A stretch of DNA of 64,000 bases from Bacillota bacterium (lineage in GTDB: Bacteria; Bacillota; DTU065), in contig DAIMKF010000008.1 of the NCBI GenBank assembly GCA_036721855.1, positions 4,003 to 68,002 of the forward strand, in the 5' to 3' direction. Numbering within the stretch: the stretch's first letter is position 1; each line of letters starts with the position of its first letter. A program made the translations under genes and the position numbers. Below the pieces are notes generated by a model. The model ran no database searches. It was not told the DNA's origin and saw only the letters and a program-made list of their open reading frames with translations. Positions 10,097 to 20,466 of the stretch are shown piece after piece.

Positions 10097-10477
10097 AGAT
10101 TCCTACCTCCAAAAGACTAATGGCTAAAACAAGCCTGAAAACAGAAAGCTTATATTGCCCAAGTCTAAAAAATTTTTATTTATTAATAAGTGAGTAATTA
10201 CTAAAAAGATATCGTAGGGAGGGTATTGAGATTTGAAGATAATTTTGCAGAGTATCTTTTGTTTCGTTCGTTTAATAACACCTAACTTCCTGCTTAAGTT
10301 TAAATTCGCCTGATGCTTATCTAAATAGAGCTAATACCTGTAAGTAAAGAGGTATATTAGCTAGAATAAAAGAAAAGAATCACAAGGCTAATTTGGTATA
10401 AGCTATAAGAAACCAGATTTTTTTATTTGCTAAATATAAAAAAAGACCAGTAACAAAGCCAGAAAGAAGGGATAAAG

Positions 10478-12100
10478 ATGATTGTTACTATTGATGGTAA
10501 AAAAATGGAAGTATCTCCCGGTACTAATGTGTTAAGTCTTGTAAGAGAAGGAACTTTGGCTTGTAAGGTAGACAATTACCTAGAAAGTCTTTCTTATGAA
10601 ATTAATTCGAAGGTAGATATTAAAAGTGTGGATTTGTCTTCAGTACTTGGACAGCGAATTTTTGAACGCAGTCTGGTATTTGTTTTGGTAAAAGCAGTAA
10701 GAGAACTATATCCGACTGCACGAGTAATAGTACAGCATTCTATCTCCAATGGTATTTTTGTGGAAATAAAAAACGTTGGCAAAGCAATATCTCCGGCTAT
10801 GGCCAAAGCTATTTCTTACAGAATGAATCAAATAATTGATAGTAAGGAGCCATTTAAAAAGGAGATTCTGAGAAAGTACGAAGCAGAGAAAATGTTCTCA
10901 GAAGACAATCAACTCGACAAGGTAGAACTGTTAAGGCAAAGACCCGAAGATTATATACCTGTATTTAGTCTGGGCTGGTATAAGGATTTTTCCCATCTAC
11001 CGATTGTACCTCATGCAGGTTTATTAAAACCTTTCGAACTTAAGTTTTATTTGCCGGGTTTTATTTTACAAATTCCTACTTATCAAAATCCCGGTATGAT
11101 TGCCACCTATGTCGAACAGCCTAAGCTGGCCCAAATCTTTTCGGAAGAGGAGAAACAGGCAGAGATTCTTGAGGTATCTAATGTCACTTCGTTAAATAGA
11201 AAGATTTTTGCTAACTCTAAACGTCTGATCCTGATATCAGAGGCCATTCATGCTCGCAAACTGGCCTTACTCGCTGAACAGATTATAAACAACCCTGAGA
11301 AAAGATTGATTTTAATTGCCGGTCCTTCTTCATCCGGCAAAACTACTTTTGCCCAAAGGCTTTCAATTCAATTGGAATCTTTAGGATACAAACCTATATC
11401 GATCTCATTAGATGATTACTTTGTTGATAGAGAAAAAACGCCTTTAGATGAAGATGGCCAGCCTGACTACGAAAACATTAACGCTATTGAACTGGAGCTT
11501 TTTAACGATCAGTTGGCACGTTTAATGCAGGGAGAGAAAGTCGAGGCACCGGTATTTAACTTTAAGCTAGGCAAACGAGACGAAAAGAAAAGGGAACTTA
11601 GTGTAGGTCACAACCAGCCGATTATTATCGAAGGTATCCATGGACTAAATGAGGAATTAACTCACGCCATACCCAAAAATCGTAAGCATAAGGTCTATGT
11701 AAGTGCGTTAACTCAGCTAAATATCGATGATCATAACAGAGTACCGACAACTGATGCCAGGTTAATCAGAAGAATTGTCAGAGATTTCCATTATCGCAAC
11801 CACGATGCTCTAAAGACTCTGAGAATGTGGCCTAAAGTCCGCCGTGGCGAAGAAAAGTATATCTTCCCTTACCAAGAAGAAGCAGAGTTTATGTTTAACT
11901 CAGCTTTACCATATGAATTAGCTGTTTTAAAACCATATGTTGAACCGCTTTTAGTCAAAGTTGCACAGACCGAAGATGAATTCAGCGAAGCTCAAAGGTT
12001 GCTTCAGTTTTTACAGTTTTTTGCCAGTCTTAACAGCGAAAGCATACCCTCGGATAGTATTTTGAGAGAATTTATCGGAGGAAGTGTCTTCTACTCCTAA
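10478..12100 (+). CDS. uridine-kinase-family nucleoside kinase with extended N-terminal (TGS/ThrRS-like) region
   Basis: 540 aa. P-loop GPSSSGKTTF at about residue 280, with a PRK/Udk-like C-terminal half. Confidence 0.65.
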   Translation: MIVTIDGKKMEVSPGTNVLSLVREGTLACKVDNYLESLSYEINSKVDIKSVDLSSVLGQRIFERSLVFVLVKAVRELYPTARVIVQHSISNGIFVEIKNVGKAISPAMAKAISYRMNQIIDSKEPFKKEILRKYEAEKMFSEDNQLDKVELLRQRPEDYIPVFSLGWYKDFSHLPIVPHAGLLKPFELKFYLPGFILQIPTYQNPGMIATYVEQPKLAQIFSEEEKQAEILEVSNVTSLNRKIFANSKRLILISEAIHARKLALLAEQIINNPEKRLILIAGPSSSGKTTFAQRLSIQLESLGYKPISISLDDYFVDREKTPLDEDGQPDYENINAIELELFNDQLARLMQGEKVEAPVFNFKLGKRDEKKRELSVGHNQPIIIEGIHGLNEELTHAIPKNRKHKVYVSALTQLNIDDHNRVPTTDARLIRRIVRDFHYRNHDALKTLRMWPKVRRGEEKYIFPYQEEAEFMFNSALPYELAVLKPYVEPLLVKVAQTEDEFSEAQRLLQFLQFFASLNSESIPSDSILREFIGGSVFYS

Positions 12101-12199
12101 GAAGGCAGGTTTAAGCCTGTTCTTGTGGAATACTTGCTGTAAATTCTTTAGGAACCATTATTATACTGTCGGGAGTGGTATTTGAGAGGAGCGAGTTCA

Positions 12200-12982
12200 T
12201 TGAAGGCGAGCGAAGTAGCACAATTTTTTCAGAACCTGACACCACAGGTATATCAAAGAGAAACCTGTGACGGTTTTAAATTTGGCAATGTAGATCAAGA
12301 CGTTAAGAAATTAGCTGTAACATGGATGGCAACAATGGGAGTTTTACGCGAAGCTATCAGAAGAGGTTGTGATATGGTTATTACTCATGAACCCACATTT
12401 TACAACCATTGGGATCATACTTCCGATCTCAAAGACGACCCTGCTTACCGGGTAAAAGAAGAATTTCTAAGAGAGCATAATCTGGTAGTTTATCGCGTTC
12501 ACGATGGCTGGGATTTCTATCCTGAATATGGTATTTTAGATAGTCTCGCCAAAGAACTTGGTTTTAAAAGAATAGCTGGTGAATCAAGATGGATCAGGGT
12601 TTATGTTATACCTACAATAACCTTGGATCATTTAAGCTGGGATGTTCAAAACAAACTTAGCCTTAAAGGAATTCGTTATGTGGGGGATCCAGATCAGGAA
12701 ATAACCAGAGTAGGGGTTGGAGTTGGCTCGTTAGGTATGTTAAATAATCTTAAGGATGCCATGCAGTTTGGTGCGGATTGTCTTATCTGTGGAGAGACAG
12801 TCGAATGGTGGACAGCACGCTATGCTGAAGATGCTAATGTAGGTTTGATGCCGCTTGGACATTCTAATAGCGAAAACCCAGGTATGAAGTCCATGGCTAC
12901 ATTTCTACGACAAAAGCTACCTCTTGAGATTGAGTATATTCAAACACCCGATCCTTTTGTCTATCGAGAGGGGGTAAAATAG
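12200..12982 (+). CDS. NIF3-family (DUF34) dinuclear-metal-centre protein
   Basis: Motifs MVITHEPTFY and LGHSNSE. The track start is TTG 12182, but TTG 12200 has better spacing to GAGAGGAG. The stop abuts the next gene's start. Confidence 0.7.
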   Translation: MKASEVAQFFQNLTPQVYQRETCDGFKFGNVDQDVKKLAVTWMATMGVLREAIRRGCDMVITHEPTFYNHWDHTSDLKDDPAYRVKEEFLREHNLVVYRVHDGWDFYPEYGILDSLAKELGFKRIAGESRWIRVYVIPTITLDHLSWDVQNKLSLKGIRYVGDPDQEITRVGVGVGSLGMLNNLKDAMQFGADCLICGETVEWWTARYAEDANVGLMPLGHSNSENPGMKSMATFLRQKLPLEIEYIQTPDPFVYREGVK

Positions 12983-13621
12983 GTGTATCAGAAGTTTCAA
13001 AAAGTTTTTAATGAGATTATCCAAAGGATTATAGCAGATGAAACAGCTAATATTAAAAGAGCCGCTTTACTACTTAGCAAGACTGTCATGGAGGGTGGAA
13101 CGCTCTATACATTCGGTACAGGTCATTCCCTAAGTATTGCTCTTGAAGCTGTGGGGAAAAGAGGCAGTTTAATAAAAGCCAAGCTGTTAGATGAGCATAT
13201 CGGTAATCTAGCCCGTTTTGAAAGATTAGAAGGTCTAGGTCCCGTTATTATGAAAAATCACCAGCTTAATAAAGAGGATACAGTAATTGTTGCTTCCAAT
13301 TCCGGTCGTAACCCCCTAACTATTGAAGTAGCTGAAGAAGCTAAAAGAAAAGGAGCAAAAGTCATTACCATCTCGGCCCACTCTGTTAAAGCTGAATTAG
13401 GATCACTTAGAAAAGACAGCAAGTATCTTTCTGACTTTGCCGATGTGGCCATAAATAATCATGGTGATAGCAAGGATCTATTAATAGAGATTCCCAGAAC
13501 TGATTTGAAGGTAGGTTCACCTTCTACTTTGACTGGTATTTACATCTATTATTTAATACTCATCGAGGCTATCGATTTGATGTTAAAAAATAATTTCCAG
13601 CCTCCCTTAATAAAAGGATGA
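12983..13621 (+). CDS. SIS (sugar isomerase) domain protein, UPF0309-like
   Basis: 212 aa, GTG start immediately after the upstream stop. SIS-like motifs FGTGHS and VASNSGRN. Confidence 0.65.
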   Translation: MYQKFQKVFNEIIQRIIADETANIKRAALLLSKTVMEGGTLYTFGTGHSLSIALEAVGKRGSLIKAKLLDEHIGNLARFERLEGLGPVIMKNHQLNKEDTVIVASNSGRNPLTIEVAEEAKRKGAKVITISAHSVKAELGSLRKDSKYLSDFADVAINNHGDSKDLLIEIPRTDLKVGSPSTLTGIYIYYLILIEAIDLMLKNNFQPPLIKG

Positions 13622-15204
13622 AAGTTCTTTTAGTGGCACTCAATGCCAAATATGTGCAATCTAATTTAGCCGTTTACGCTCTTAGAACTGCTTGTCTCGC
13701 TTACGATATAAGATGCAGCATATATGAGAGTAATATCAATGAACTTCTAGTAAGCCACCTGGCCAAAATCGTAGCCTTTCAACCAGATGTAGTGGGCTTT
13801 TCCTGCTATATTTGGAATATAGATATTATCAGTCGTTTAATTACTGATCTGAGGAAAATCTTACCACAGACGGTTATTGTTTTAGGGGGTCCTGAGGTAA
13901 GTGAAATACCTAAAGAGGCTTTGGGAAAATACCAACCAGATTATATTATATCAGGTCCGGGTGAAAAAGCATGGCCTGAGTTGCTTATAGCTCTTAAAGA
14001 AGGCACCAAAATGCCCCAAATCGTTGAAAAGACTGTCAGTATAGATCAAACATCATTTCCCTATTTTCCTGAGGATGATCTTAAAAACCATCTTGTTTAT
14101 TATGAAGCATCAAGAGGCTGTGCAAATCGTTGTGCATATTGCCTATCTTCTGTAAACCGAAAGCTTGAGTTTAGACCTCTGGAATTAGTGTTTCAGGATT
14201 TAAAAAAGCTTTGGGAGATGGGGATTAAGCAGATTAAATTTGTCGATCGCACCTTTAATTTAGATAAAAAACGCACTTTAACAATTTGGCAACATCTCTT
14301 AACCAATTATCCCGAGGGTAATTTCCATTTTGAGATGGCAGCAGACAGGCTTAGCGAGGCGGAAATGGATTTTTTAAAAAAGGTACCGGCGGGACTTTTT
14401 CAAATGGAAATTGGTGTTCAATCAACTTATGTACCCACTTTAGAAGCTATTAATCGTTCTACTAACTCAAACATCCTTTTAAATAGATTGAAAGAACTAT
14501 CTGAAGAAACCAAGGTGCTTGTTTATGCCGATTTAATTGCAGGTTTACCTTTAGAAAGTTATAAGCAGTTTTTACAAAGTTTTAGTGATGTATTGGCAAC
14601 AGAGCCTGACCAACTTCAGCTTGGATTTTTGAAATTACTCCCGGGAACTTCATTAAGAGCAAAGGCTTCGAAATGGGGACTAATCTACTCGAATTATCCG
14701 CCCTATGAAATATTAAAAACAGATCACATTTCTTTTAGTGAACTACAAAAGTTGAAAGGTTTAGAATGGACTGTTGATCTTTTCTATAATTCTGGTTATT
14801 TTAAGGAGACATTAAAGGAGATTGATAGTTTAAGGTTAGGTCCTTTTTTTATTGAACTTCAAGAAAGGTTAACAAAAGCCGGTGAACTTTTTCAAAAGAG
14901 AAAAGTGGAGTCTCGCTATAAATTCTTGAGTAAAGAACTTCCCGAACTAGCGGATTGGATTTTGCTTGATTTTTTAAAACAGGGGCTATCCCATACCATA
15001 CCTTCTTGGTATAAAGGCGAGCTCTATTTAGAATCTTCTCGGGAAAGCAAAAAAATGTTTTCAAATGAAAAAAGGCCGGTCTTACTTTTAAGGCTTACAC
15101 CAAATTTAGAAAAAAGATTTCTAACCAAAAAGCTAGCCCTTATTATGGGTCTCCCTCATATAGACAGGCGTTGCCAAGAGATTCTAACTATAAATGAAAG
15201 CTGA
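13618..15204 (+). CDS. B12-binding-domain radical SAM protein (DUF4080 C-terminal region)
   Basis: 528 aa. CANRCAYC (CxxxCxxC) cluster motif after an N-terminal B12-binding-like domain. 4-nt overlap (ATGA) with the SIS gene. Confidence 0.8.
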   Translation: MKVLLVALNAKYVQSNLAVYALRTACLAYDIRCSIYESNINELLVSHLAKIVAFQPDVVGFSCYIWNIDIISRLITDLRKILPQTVIVLGGPEVSEIPKEALGKYQPDYIISGPGEKAWPELLIALKEGTKMPQIVEKTVSIDQTSFPYFPEDDLKNHLVYYEASRGCANRCAYCLSSVNRKLEFRPLELVFQDLKKLWEMGIKQIKFVDRTFNLDKKRTLTIWQHLLTNYPEGNFHFEMAADRLSEAEMDFLKKVPAGLFQMEIGVQSTYVPTLEAINRSTNSNILLNRLKELSEETKVLVYADLIAGLPLESYKQFLQSFSDVLATEPDQLQLGFLKLLPGTSLRAKASKWGLIYSNYPPYEILKTDHISFSELQKLKGLEWTVDLFYNSGYFKETLKEIDSLRLGPFFIELQERLTKAGELFQKRKVESRYKFLSKELPELADWILLDFLKQGLSHTIPSWYKGELYLESSRESKKMFSNEKRPVLLLRLTPNLEKRFLTKKLALIMGLPHIDRRCQEILTINES

Positions 15205-15227
15205 CAATCAAACTGTCAGCTTTCATT
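15193..15227. terminator. bidirectional terminator hairpin
   Basis: ATGAAAGCTGACA / TGTCAGCTTTCAT inverted repeat between convergent genes. Confidence 0.6.
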
Positions 15228-16184
15228 TCATTCAGGATTAAATTCCTCCATGTCTTTTGCTAATTCTTTAAGTACAACCGAGGCAGAGATAAAGTCTTTT
15301 TGCTCCTGTTGATTAAGCGGAAGTTCAATGGCTTTCTGAATACCCCCCGCACCAATAACTGCCGGAAGCCCCATGCTTACATTATAAACACCAAGATAAC
15401 CGTTTATGTGCATAGACACAGTAAGTACGGAGTGTTCATCTTTCAAGACAGCTTCAGTAATACGTGTCAAGGCCAAAGCAATGGCATAATACGTGGCTCC
15501 CTTTTTTTTAATGACTTCCATACCAGCATCACGAACCTCTAAAAAGATCTGTTCACGCTTTTTACGCTCACAGATTCGATTACATAAACTGCAATAAGTA
15601 GCCATTGGTACACCTGAGATATTGGCTAAGCTCCATACCGGCAACTCTCCTTCGCCATGTTCGCCGATAATATCGGCATGGATACTACGAGCCTCAATAT
15701 GGCAATTTTGGGCAAGAGCAAAGCGAAATCTAGCTGTATCAAGAAGTGTTCCCGACCCAAAGACTTTTCCTTTAGGTTGCTTTGATGTCCTTTGGGCAGT
15801 TAAGGACATAAGATCAACCGGATTGGTAGCTACAATTATTACAGGGTCAGAAGCATAAATATTTAACTGATTAACGATTTCTTGAACAATGCGGCTGTTA
15901 GAATGAATCAGGTCCCGGCGGCTTTGGCCAGGTTTTCTTGGTAGGCCAGCTGTTATAATAACTACTTCAGCATCCCTCGTATCTTGATAAGTTCCAGCAT
16001 AAATATTAGCTGGGTTTAAAAATGGCAGGCCATGGTTAATATCTAAAGCTTCACCTTCAGCTTTTTCTTTATTGATATCGATAATTACCAGTTCGGAAAC
16101 AAGACCTTTGACAGCTAAGGTAAAGGCCGTTGTCGCACCTACTTGACCGGCACCAACTATGGCAACTTTATTTTTTTTTATCAA
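15228..16184 (-). CDS. ldh: L-lactate dehydrogenase
   Basis: Motifs VAIVGAGQVG and IGEHGE, with LDH/MDH family architecture. Probable TTG start at 16184, 6 nt after AGGAGGA; the track start is 16202. Confidence 0.85.
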   Translation of the reverse strand: MIKKNKVAIVGAGQVGATTAFTLAVKGLVSELVIIDINKEKAEGEALDINHGLPFLNPANIYAGTYQDTRDAEVVIITAGLPRKPGQSRRDLIHSNSRIVQEIVNQLNIYASDPVIIVATNPVDLMSLTAQRTSKQPKGKVFGSGTLLDTARFRFALAQNCHIEARSIHADIIGEHGEGELPVWSLANISGVPMATYCSLCNRICERKKREQIFLEVRDAGMEVIKKKGATYYAIALALTRITEAVLKDEHSVLTVSMHINGYLGVYNVSMGLPAVIGAGGIQKAIELPLNQQEQKDFISASVVLKELAKDMEEFNPE

Positions 16185-16219
16185 GACTATTCCTCCTAAC
16201 ATCCACTTTGGCTATTAAT

Positions 16220-17332
16220 TTAGTAGAGAAGATAGGGTTTAATTTGTTGCTTAAAGTGGTTCAGTTCATTTTCAAAAATTTGTTGAATCTCTTTTGGAGT
16301 TAAAATCGGTAGCAACGAGTATAAGCGATTACCAGCTAAAGCATTAAATCTAGCCAGATTAACTTTAAAATCAGCGCAGTTATTAAGTAGATCAGAGATC
16401 ATAGAAATACCTGTATAAATAGGATCAAAAGTTTTATCATCGGTAATATGTAAACAAACTCCTTCACACTTAACACCCTGATATCTCCAGAAAGTGGGTA
16501 TAAATTCCACCGCTCTAAAATAAACCCCGGGAATACCTAAGGAATTAAGCCTTGAAGAATATTCGTGACCATTTAGAAAAGGCGCACCTATTATTTCAAA
16601 AGGCTGAGTTGTACCACGTCCTTCAGAGACATTAGTGCCTTCAAAGAGACAGGTGCCAGGATAAACCTTGATAGTATTAAAAGAAGGGATATTAGGTGAG
16701 GGAGCAACCCAAGGTAGCTTGTATGAAACAAAATCTTTTTTAGGATCATAACCTTCGCAACGAATAACCAGAGGAGGATTGCTCTTATTGCTGTATAAAT
16801 GACCGATTTCGCCTAATGTTAATCCATGCTGCCAAGCTAGGTTATCAAGGCCCAAAAAAGAAGCTGCTTCTTTTTCTAAGATGTTACCTCTTATTATTCG
16901 ACCGAGGGGGTTTGGTCGATCTAAGATGACAAAATCTAAATTATGCTCCAAGGCTTTTTTATAAGCATTAACCATGGTGACACCATAGGTATAAAAACGT
17001 ACGCCAACATCTTGAATATCAAAGACTAAAGTGTCAATTTCAGCGAGCATTTCAGTAGTAGGTTCGGTAGTATTGTCAAAAAGGCTATAGATTGGTAAAC
17101 CACTTGGTTTATGCATATGAGAGGCCACTTTAATTGTATCTTGCACAGAACCGGAAAAACCATGCTCAGGGGAGAAGAGTACTTTTAATTCTATATTTGG
17201 TATCTCAAGTAAAACTTGCCAGTTTGGCCGGATAGACTTAGTTATTCCGGTATGATTAGTAATAAGGCCAATTTTCCTACCTTTTAACAAGGAACAGTTT
17301 TTAGAGATGAGTACATCTATTCCATAAAGCAT
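16220..17332 (-). CDS. namZ: DUF1343 family protein (NamZ-type exo-beta-N-acetylmuramidase)
   Basis: 370 aa. Family-typical blocks: GLITNHTGI, LFSPEHGF, VFDIQDVGVRFYTY, ILDRPNPLG. Confidence 0.8.
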   Translation of the reverse strand: MLYGIDVLISKNCSLLKGRKIGLITNHTGITKSIRPNWQVLLEIPNIELKVLFSPEHGFSGSVQDTIKVASHMHKPSGLPIYSLFDNTTEPTTEMLAEIDTLVFDIQDVGVRFYTYGVTMVNAYKKALEHNLDFVILDRPNPLGRIIRGNILEKEAASFLGLDNLAWQHGLTLGEIGHLYSNKSNPPLVIRCEGYDPKKDFVSYKLPWVAPSPNIPSFNTIKVYPGTCLFEGTNVSEGRGTTQPFEIIGAPFLNGHEYSSRLNSLGIPGVYFRAVEFIPTFWRYQGVKCEGVCLHITDDKTFDPIYTGISMISDLLNNCADFKVNLARFNALAGNRLYSLLPILTPKEIQQIFENELNHFKQQIKPYLLY

Positions 17333-17549
17333 TGAACAACCCCCTTAAATTTTTCTAGTAATGCTATATATAATTAAAGTCAGAGCAGGAAAATATATTT
17401 GGTAACCAGAAAGTCTTATTAGAATCATATATTGGTGAAGAAAATACATTAGAATTTCTCTATCTTTCTGCTTGCATTCTGTCCACTTAAGGTCTATAAT
17501 AGAGAAAATAGGAATGATAATCATTATCAATAGCTTTAAGTAAGGGTGG

Positions 17550-18311
17550 GTGACCGACATGCTTAGTGGAATTGAGAAAAATGTTAGAGGTGTAGTTACT
17601 GGAAAAGATTGGGATTCATTTTCTGCCGAAAAGTTGAGAACTGAGCTGTTTGATCACTATCACGAGCTGGTTCCTCGATTAGTTAGGCGTTTTGCTGGCA
17701 AGGGTGAAAGCTGGGAGGATCTGTTACAAGTAGGCTATTTAGGTTTATTAAAAGCAATAGACAAATTCGATCCCAAACAAGGTAATTCCTTTATCGCCTA
17801 TGCCATACCTACGATTCAAGGCGAATTAAAAAGACATTTCCGTGATAAGGCTTGGCGCATAAAAGTATCTAGACGCAACAAAGAAAAAGCATTACAAGTT
17901 AAGGAATTTATTGATAACTATCTGAGGTTAGAAGGAAATAAACCTAGTAATGACGTGATTGCTAAGGAAATGAATCTTTCTTTAGCTGATGTTACAGATG
18001 CAAAACAGATTCTTGATAATTTTTATACGCTAAGCTTAGATGCACCTGTTTCATCTGATCCCGGTGCCGATGATCTTGGCTCTTTATTTGGAGGAGAGGA
18101 TACCGGTTTTGAAGAGATTTTAAATCGAGAAACTTTAGACAGTGTTTTAAGATATCTACCGAAGAGACAGCAGGACATACTGAAACTTCGCTACTTTGAT
18201 ACTTTACCCCAAAGACAAGTCGCAGATATGTTAGGAATATCCCAAATGCATGTTTCTCGTTTAGAACGAAAAGCTCTTGATAAACTAAAAAAGCTCTTGC
18301 AAGTAAATTAG
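17550..18311 (+). CDS. RNA polymerase sigma factor, SigB/F/G (group 3) family
   Basis: 253 aa. Region 2 (YLGLLKAIDKFD, IQGELKRHFRD) and region 4 HTH (QRQVADMLGISQMHVSRLERKAL). No adjacent anti-sigma or anti-anti-sigma genes. Confidence 0.85.
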   Translation: MTDMLSGIEKNVRGVVTGKDWDSFSAEKLRTELFDHYHELVPRLVRRFAGKGESWEDLLQVGYLGLLKAIDKFDPKQGNSFIAYAIPTIQGELKRHFRDKAWRIKVSRRNKEKALQVKEFIDNYLRLEGNKPSNDVIAKEMNLSLADVTDAKQILDNFYTLSLDAPVSSDPGADDLGSLFGGEDTGFEEILNRETLDSVLRYLPKRQQDILKLRYFDTLPQRQVADMLGISQMHVSRLERKALDKLKKLLQVN

Positions 18312-18360
18312 TTGCTTGCTTTATTGAAAATAAAATATAGATAAAACTATTTGTTTCCTC

Positions 18361-18385
18361 AGCTACCCTTCGGGGTAGCTTTTAT
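18361..18385 (+). terminator. intrinsic terminator
   Basis: AGCTACCC-ttcg-GGGTAGCT followed by TTTAT. Confidence 0.7.
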
Positions 18386-18480
18386 CACAAAATACAAAAA
18401 ACTGTTACCACTATTAAATAACTTTCAGACTGAGCATTATCTTATTCGGATTAACGGGTAAATCTAAGGGAGGAAACGCT

Positions 18481-20154
18481 ATGAACTGGAAATACCTAAT
18501 TATCATGGTTTTGATTTGTTTTGGTCAAAATCAAGCAATAGCTCAAAAGATAGAACCAATCAATTTAGCTCAAGGAAGGCCATATAATATTACCGCCACT
18601 TGGCCTGATCCGCTTTTTACCAAATTTGAGGAGCACTATCCGGATACCAACCAGGTTGAATTAACCGATGGTTATCTGGGAGAGGTACGTTATCAAGATT
18701 CAGCTTGGCAAGCTTTTCTGCGCCAGGGTAAGCGGATTATTGAAATAGATTTAGGTGAAATTCAGACTATTAACCAGATTCAAGGAAGATTCCTTCAGAT
18801 GCATTCAGCAGGTGTATATGTACCGCGCTATATAGATTACTCTCTTTCTTTAGATGGGAAAGATTGGTTTAAGGTAGGGCATAAAGAGACTCAAGTTGGT
18901 CCTTGGAACAGAGAAAACCAAGTTGAGGTAATCAACCTTAAAAACCTTAAGCATCTAGCTCGCTGGGTAAAGCTAGAGTTTGAGGTGGATGGGAATGTCT
19001 TTATGGATGAAATTGAGGTTTGGGGATGGTTGGGAATAGTCGAAGCGGCTAAGACATTAGATCCTATTAAAGGTCTCTTAGAACTAACTCATGAAAATCC
19101 GGAAAGTAAAAAAGGTGTGCTTAAAGCAGGGTCTAAACAGGCAGCAGGGGCCTGTCACATAGCACTTTTAACCTATGCTTATCCCCCCAACCCACAAGAT
19201 GGTATTTGGTATTCGTTAGAATACCTACCTTATATTACTTATATTTCAGAAGAAGCAGTTCCAATAGATTGGATGTTTGACACAGTTTTACTTTGCCCGC
19301 AGGGTACAACTCCTTCAGGTAGGAATCTAAATGCTACTAAGGTTTCAGAGGCAGCTACCATTGATGACTGGAAGTGGTACTTAGAAGAAACATTTAGACC
19401 CAACCAGCAAATATCGGCTCTAAATCAAGCAGTTGGAATAGGTCAAAAGTTGTTAAATGAGCCCGATAAAAAGATCAAGGTAATTCTAACCCTGATTAAC
19501 CCCTCACCCCTACAACAAAAATTTGGTTCATTAAAGGTTAGCGGAGAAAGCCTAAATTTTGATTGGAACCAGATCGGAATAGAACAATCTCTTAAAAACC
19601 GTCTATCAGCTATAGAGTGGCTAATGGATGAATTATTAACTAGCTGGGAAGCTGAAAATCCTGAAAATTTAGAACTCATTGGTTTTTACTGGCAACCAGA
19701 GGCGATTCGTTTTCAATTTAGTCCCAAGGAAGATATCTTTATTAACAAGGTTGCAGATCTCGTACACAAACGAGGTTATAAATTGTTTTGGATTCCTTTT
19801 TATGGAGCTGAAGGCTCATATAATTGGCAACAATATGGTTTTGATGTAGCTATTCTTCAACCTAACTATATGTTCTCTGAGGTTGGGGAAGAAAGACTTA
19901 AATTAGCCTTTGAGATAGCATCTTCTTTAGGTATGGGCGTAGAAATTGAAAAACATTGGGTAGATGGAAAGAGAGAGAGAGAAATTTGGCAAAACTATTT
20001 AATATATGGAGTCAAATATGGTTATAGCGACGCTGTATGTGCTTATTACCAGGGATTTAAAGATCTTGAACGTGCGGCACTGAATTATAATACCCGTTTT
20101 CTCTACTATGAATCAGTCTATCAGTTTATCAAAGGAAAATACCAATTAAAATAA
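18481..20154 (+). CDS. secreted DUF4855-like protein with N-terminal discoidin/F5-8-type-C-like domain
   Basis: Signal peptide. C-terminal blocks GFYWQPE, FWIPFYGA and ILQPNYMF resemble DUF4855 as I recall it. Confidence 0.55.
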   Translation: MNWKYLIIMVLICFGQNQAIAQKIEPINLAQGRPYNITATWPDPLFTKFEEHYPDTNQVELTDGYLGEVRYQDSAWQAFLRQGKRIIEIDLGEIQTINQIQGRFLQMHSAGVYVPRYIDYSLSLDGKDWFKVGHKETQVGPWNRENQVEVINLKNLKHLARWVKLEFEVDGNVFMDEIEVWGWLGIVEAAKTLDPIKGLLELTHENPESKKGVLKAGSKQAAGACHIALLTYAYPPNPQDGIWYSLEYLPYITYISEEAVPIDWMFDTVLLCPQGTTPSGRNLNATKVSEAATIDDWKWYLEETFRPNQQISALNQAVGIGQKLLNEPDKKIKVILTLINPSPLQQKFGSLKVSGESLNFDWNQIGIEQSLKNRLSAIEWLMDELLTSWEAENPENLELIGFYWQPEAIRFQFSPKEDIFINKVADLVHKRGYKLFWIPFYGAEGSYNWQQYGFDVAILQPNYMFSEVGEERLKLAFEIASSLGMGVEIEKHWVDGKREREIWQNYLIYGVKYGYSDAVCAYYQGFKDLERAALNYNTRFLYYESVYQFIKGKYQLK

Positions 20155-20313
20155 TCTTGGTAATCGTTTGGTTTTGGTCTTAAATAGTGTTAATAAGCAC
20201 TCCTGCTCTTGCTACAGAAAGTTATGTTTTAAATAAACATAAAACGATGTTAGTTTATGGCCGGCAAAACCCTAGTGGCTGTTTAATCAAGCCCACTGTT
20301 TAATACAGAAAAA

Positions 20314-20354
20314 CCCTATAGGTGGACTTTTTATTTTGTGTCCACTCTATAGGG
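20314..20354. terminator. long hairpin between convergent genes
   Basis: CCCTATAGGTGGAC ... GTCCAC(T)CTATAGGG, 14 bp with one bulge. The loop is T-rich. Confidence 0.5.
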
Positions 20355-20466
20355 TACATGTATATCAGTTGGAGGTGCCTTTTTAGTGTGTCACATATAC
20401 GATTAAGCGTTGGTATTCCGGTAACCTAAAGGTTGCAGTTTTATCCTCTTATCTTTCCCAAAGCAC

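Noticed and set aside
17345-17560. 71-aa minus-strand ORF ending 12 nt before namZ
   Set aside because: It occupies the AT-rich divergent promoter region, has no RBS and has an Ile/Leu-rich low-complexity translation. It also overlaps the sigma gene's start.
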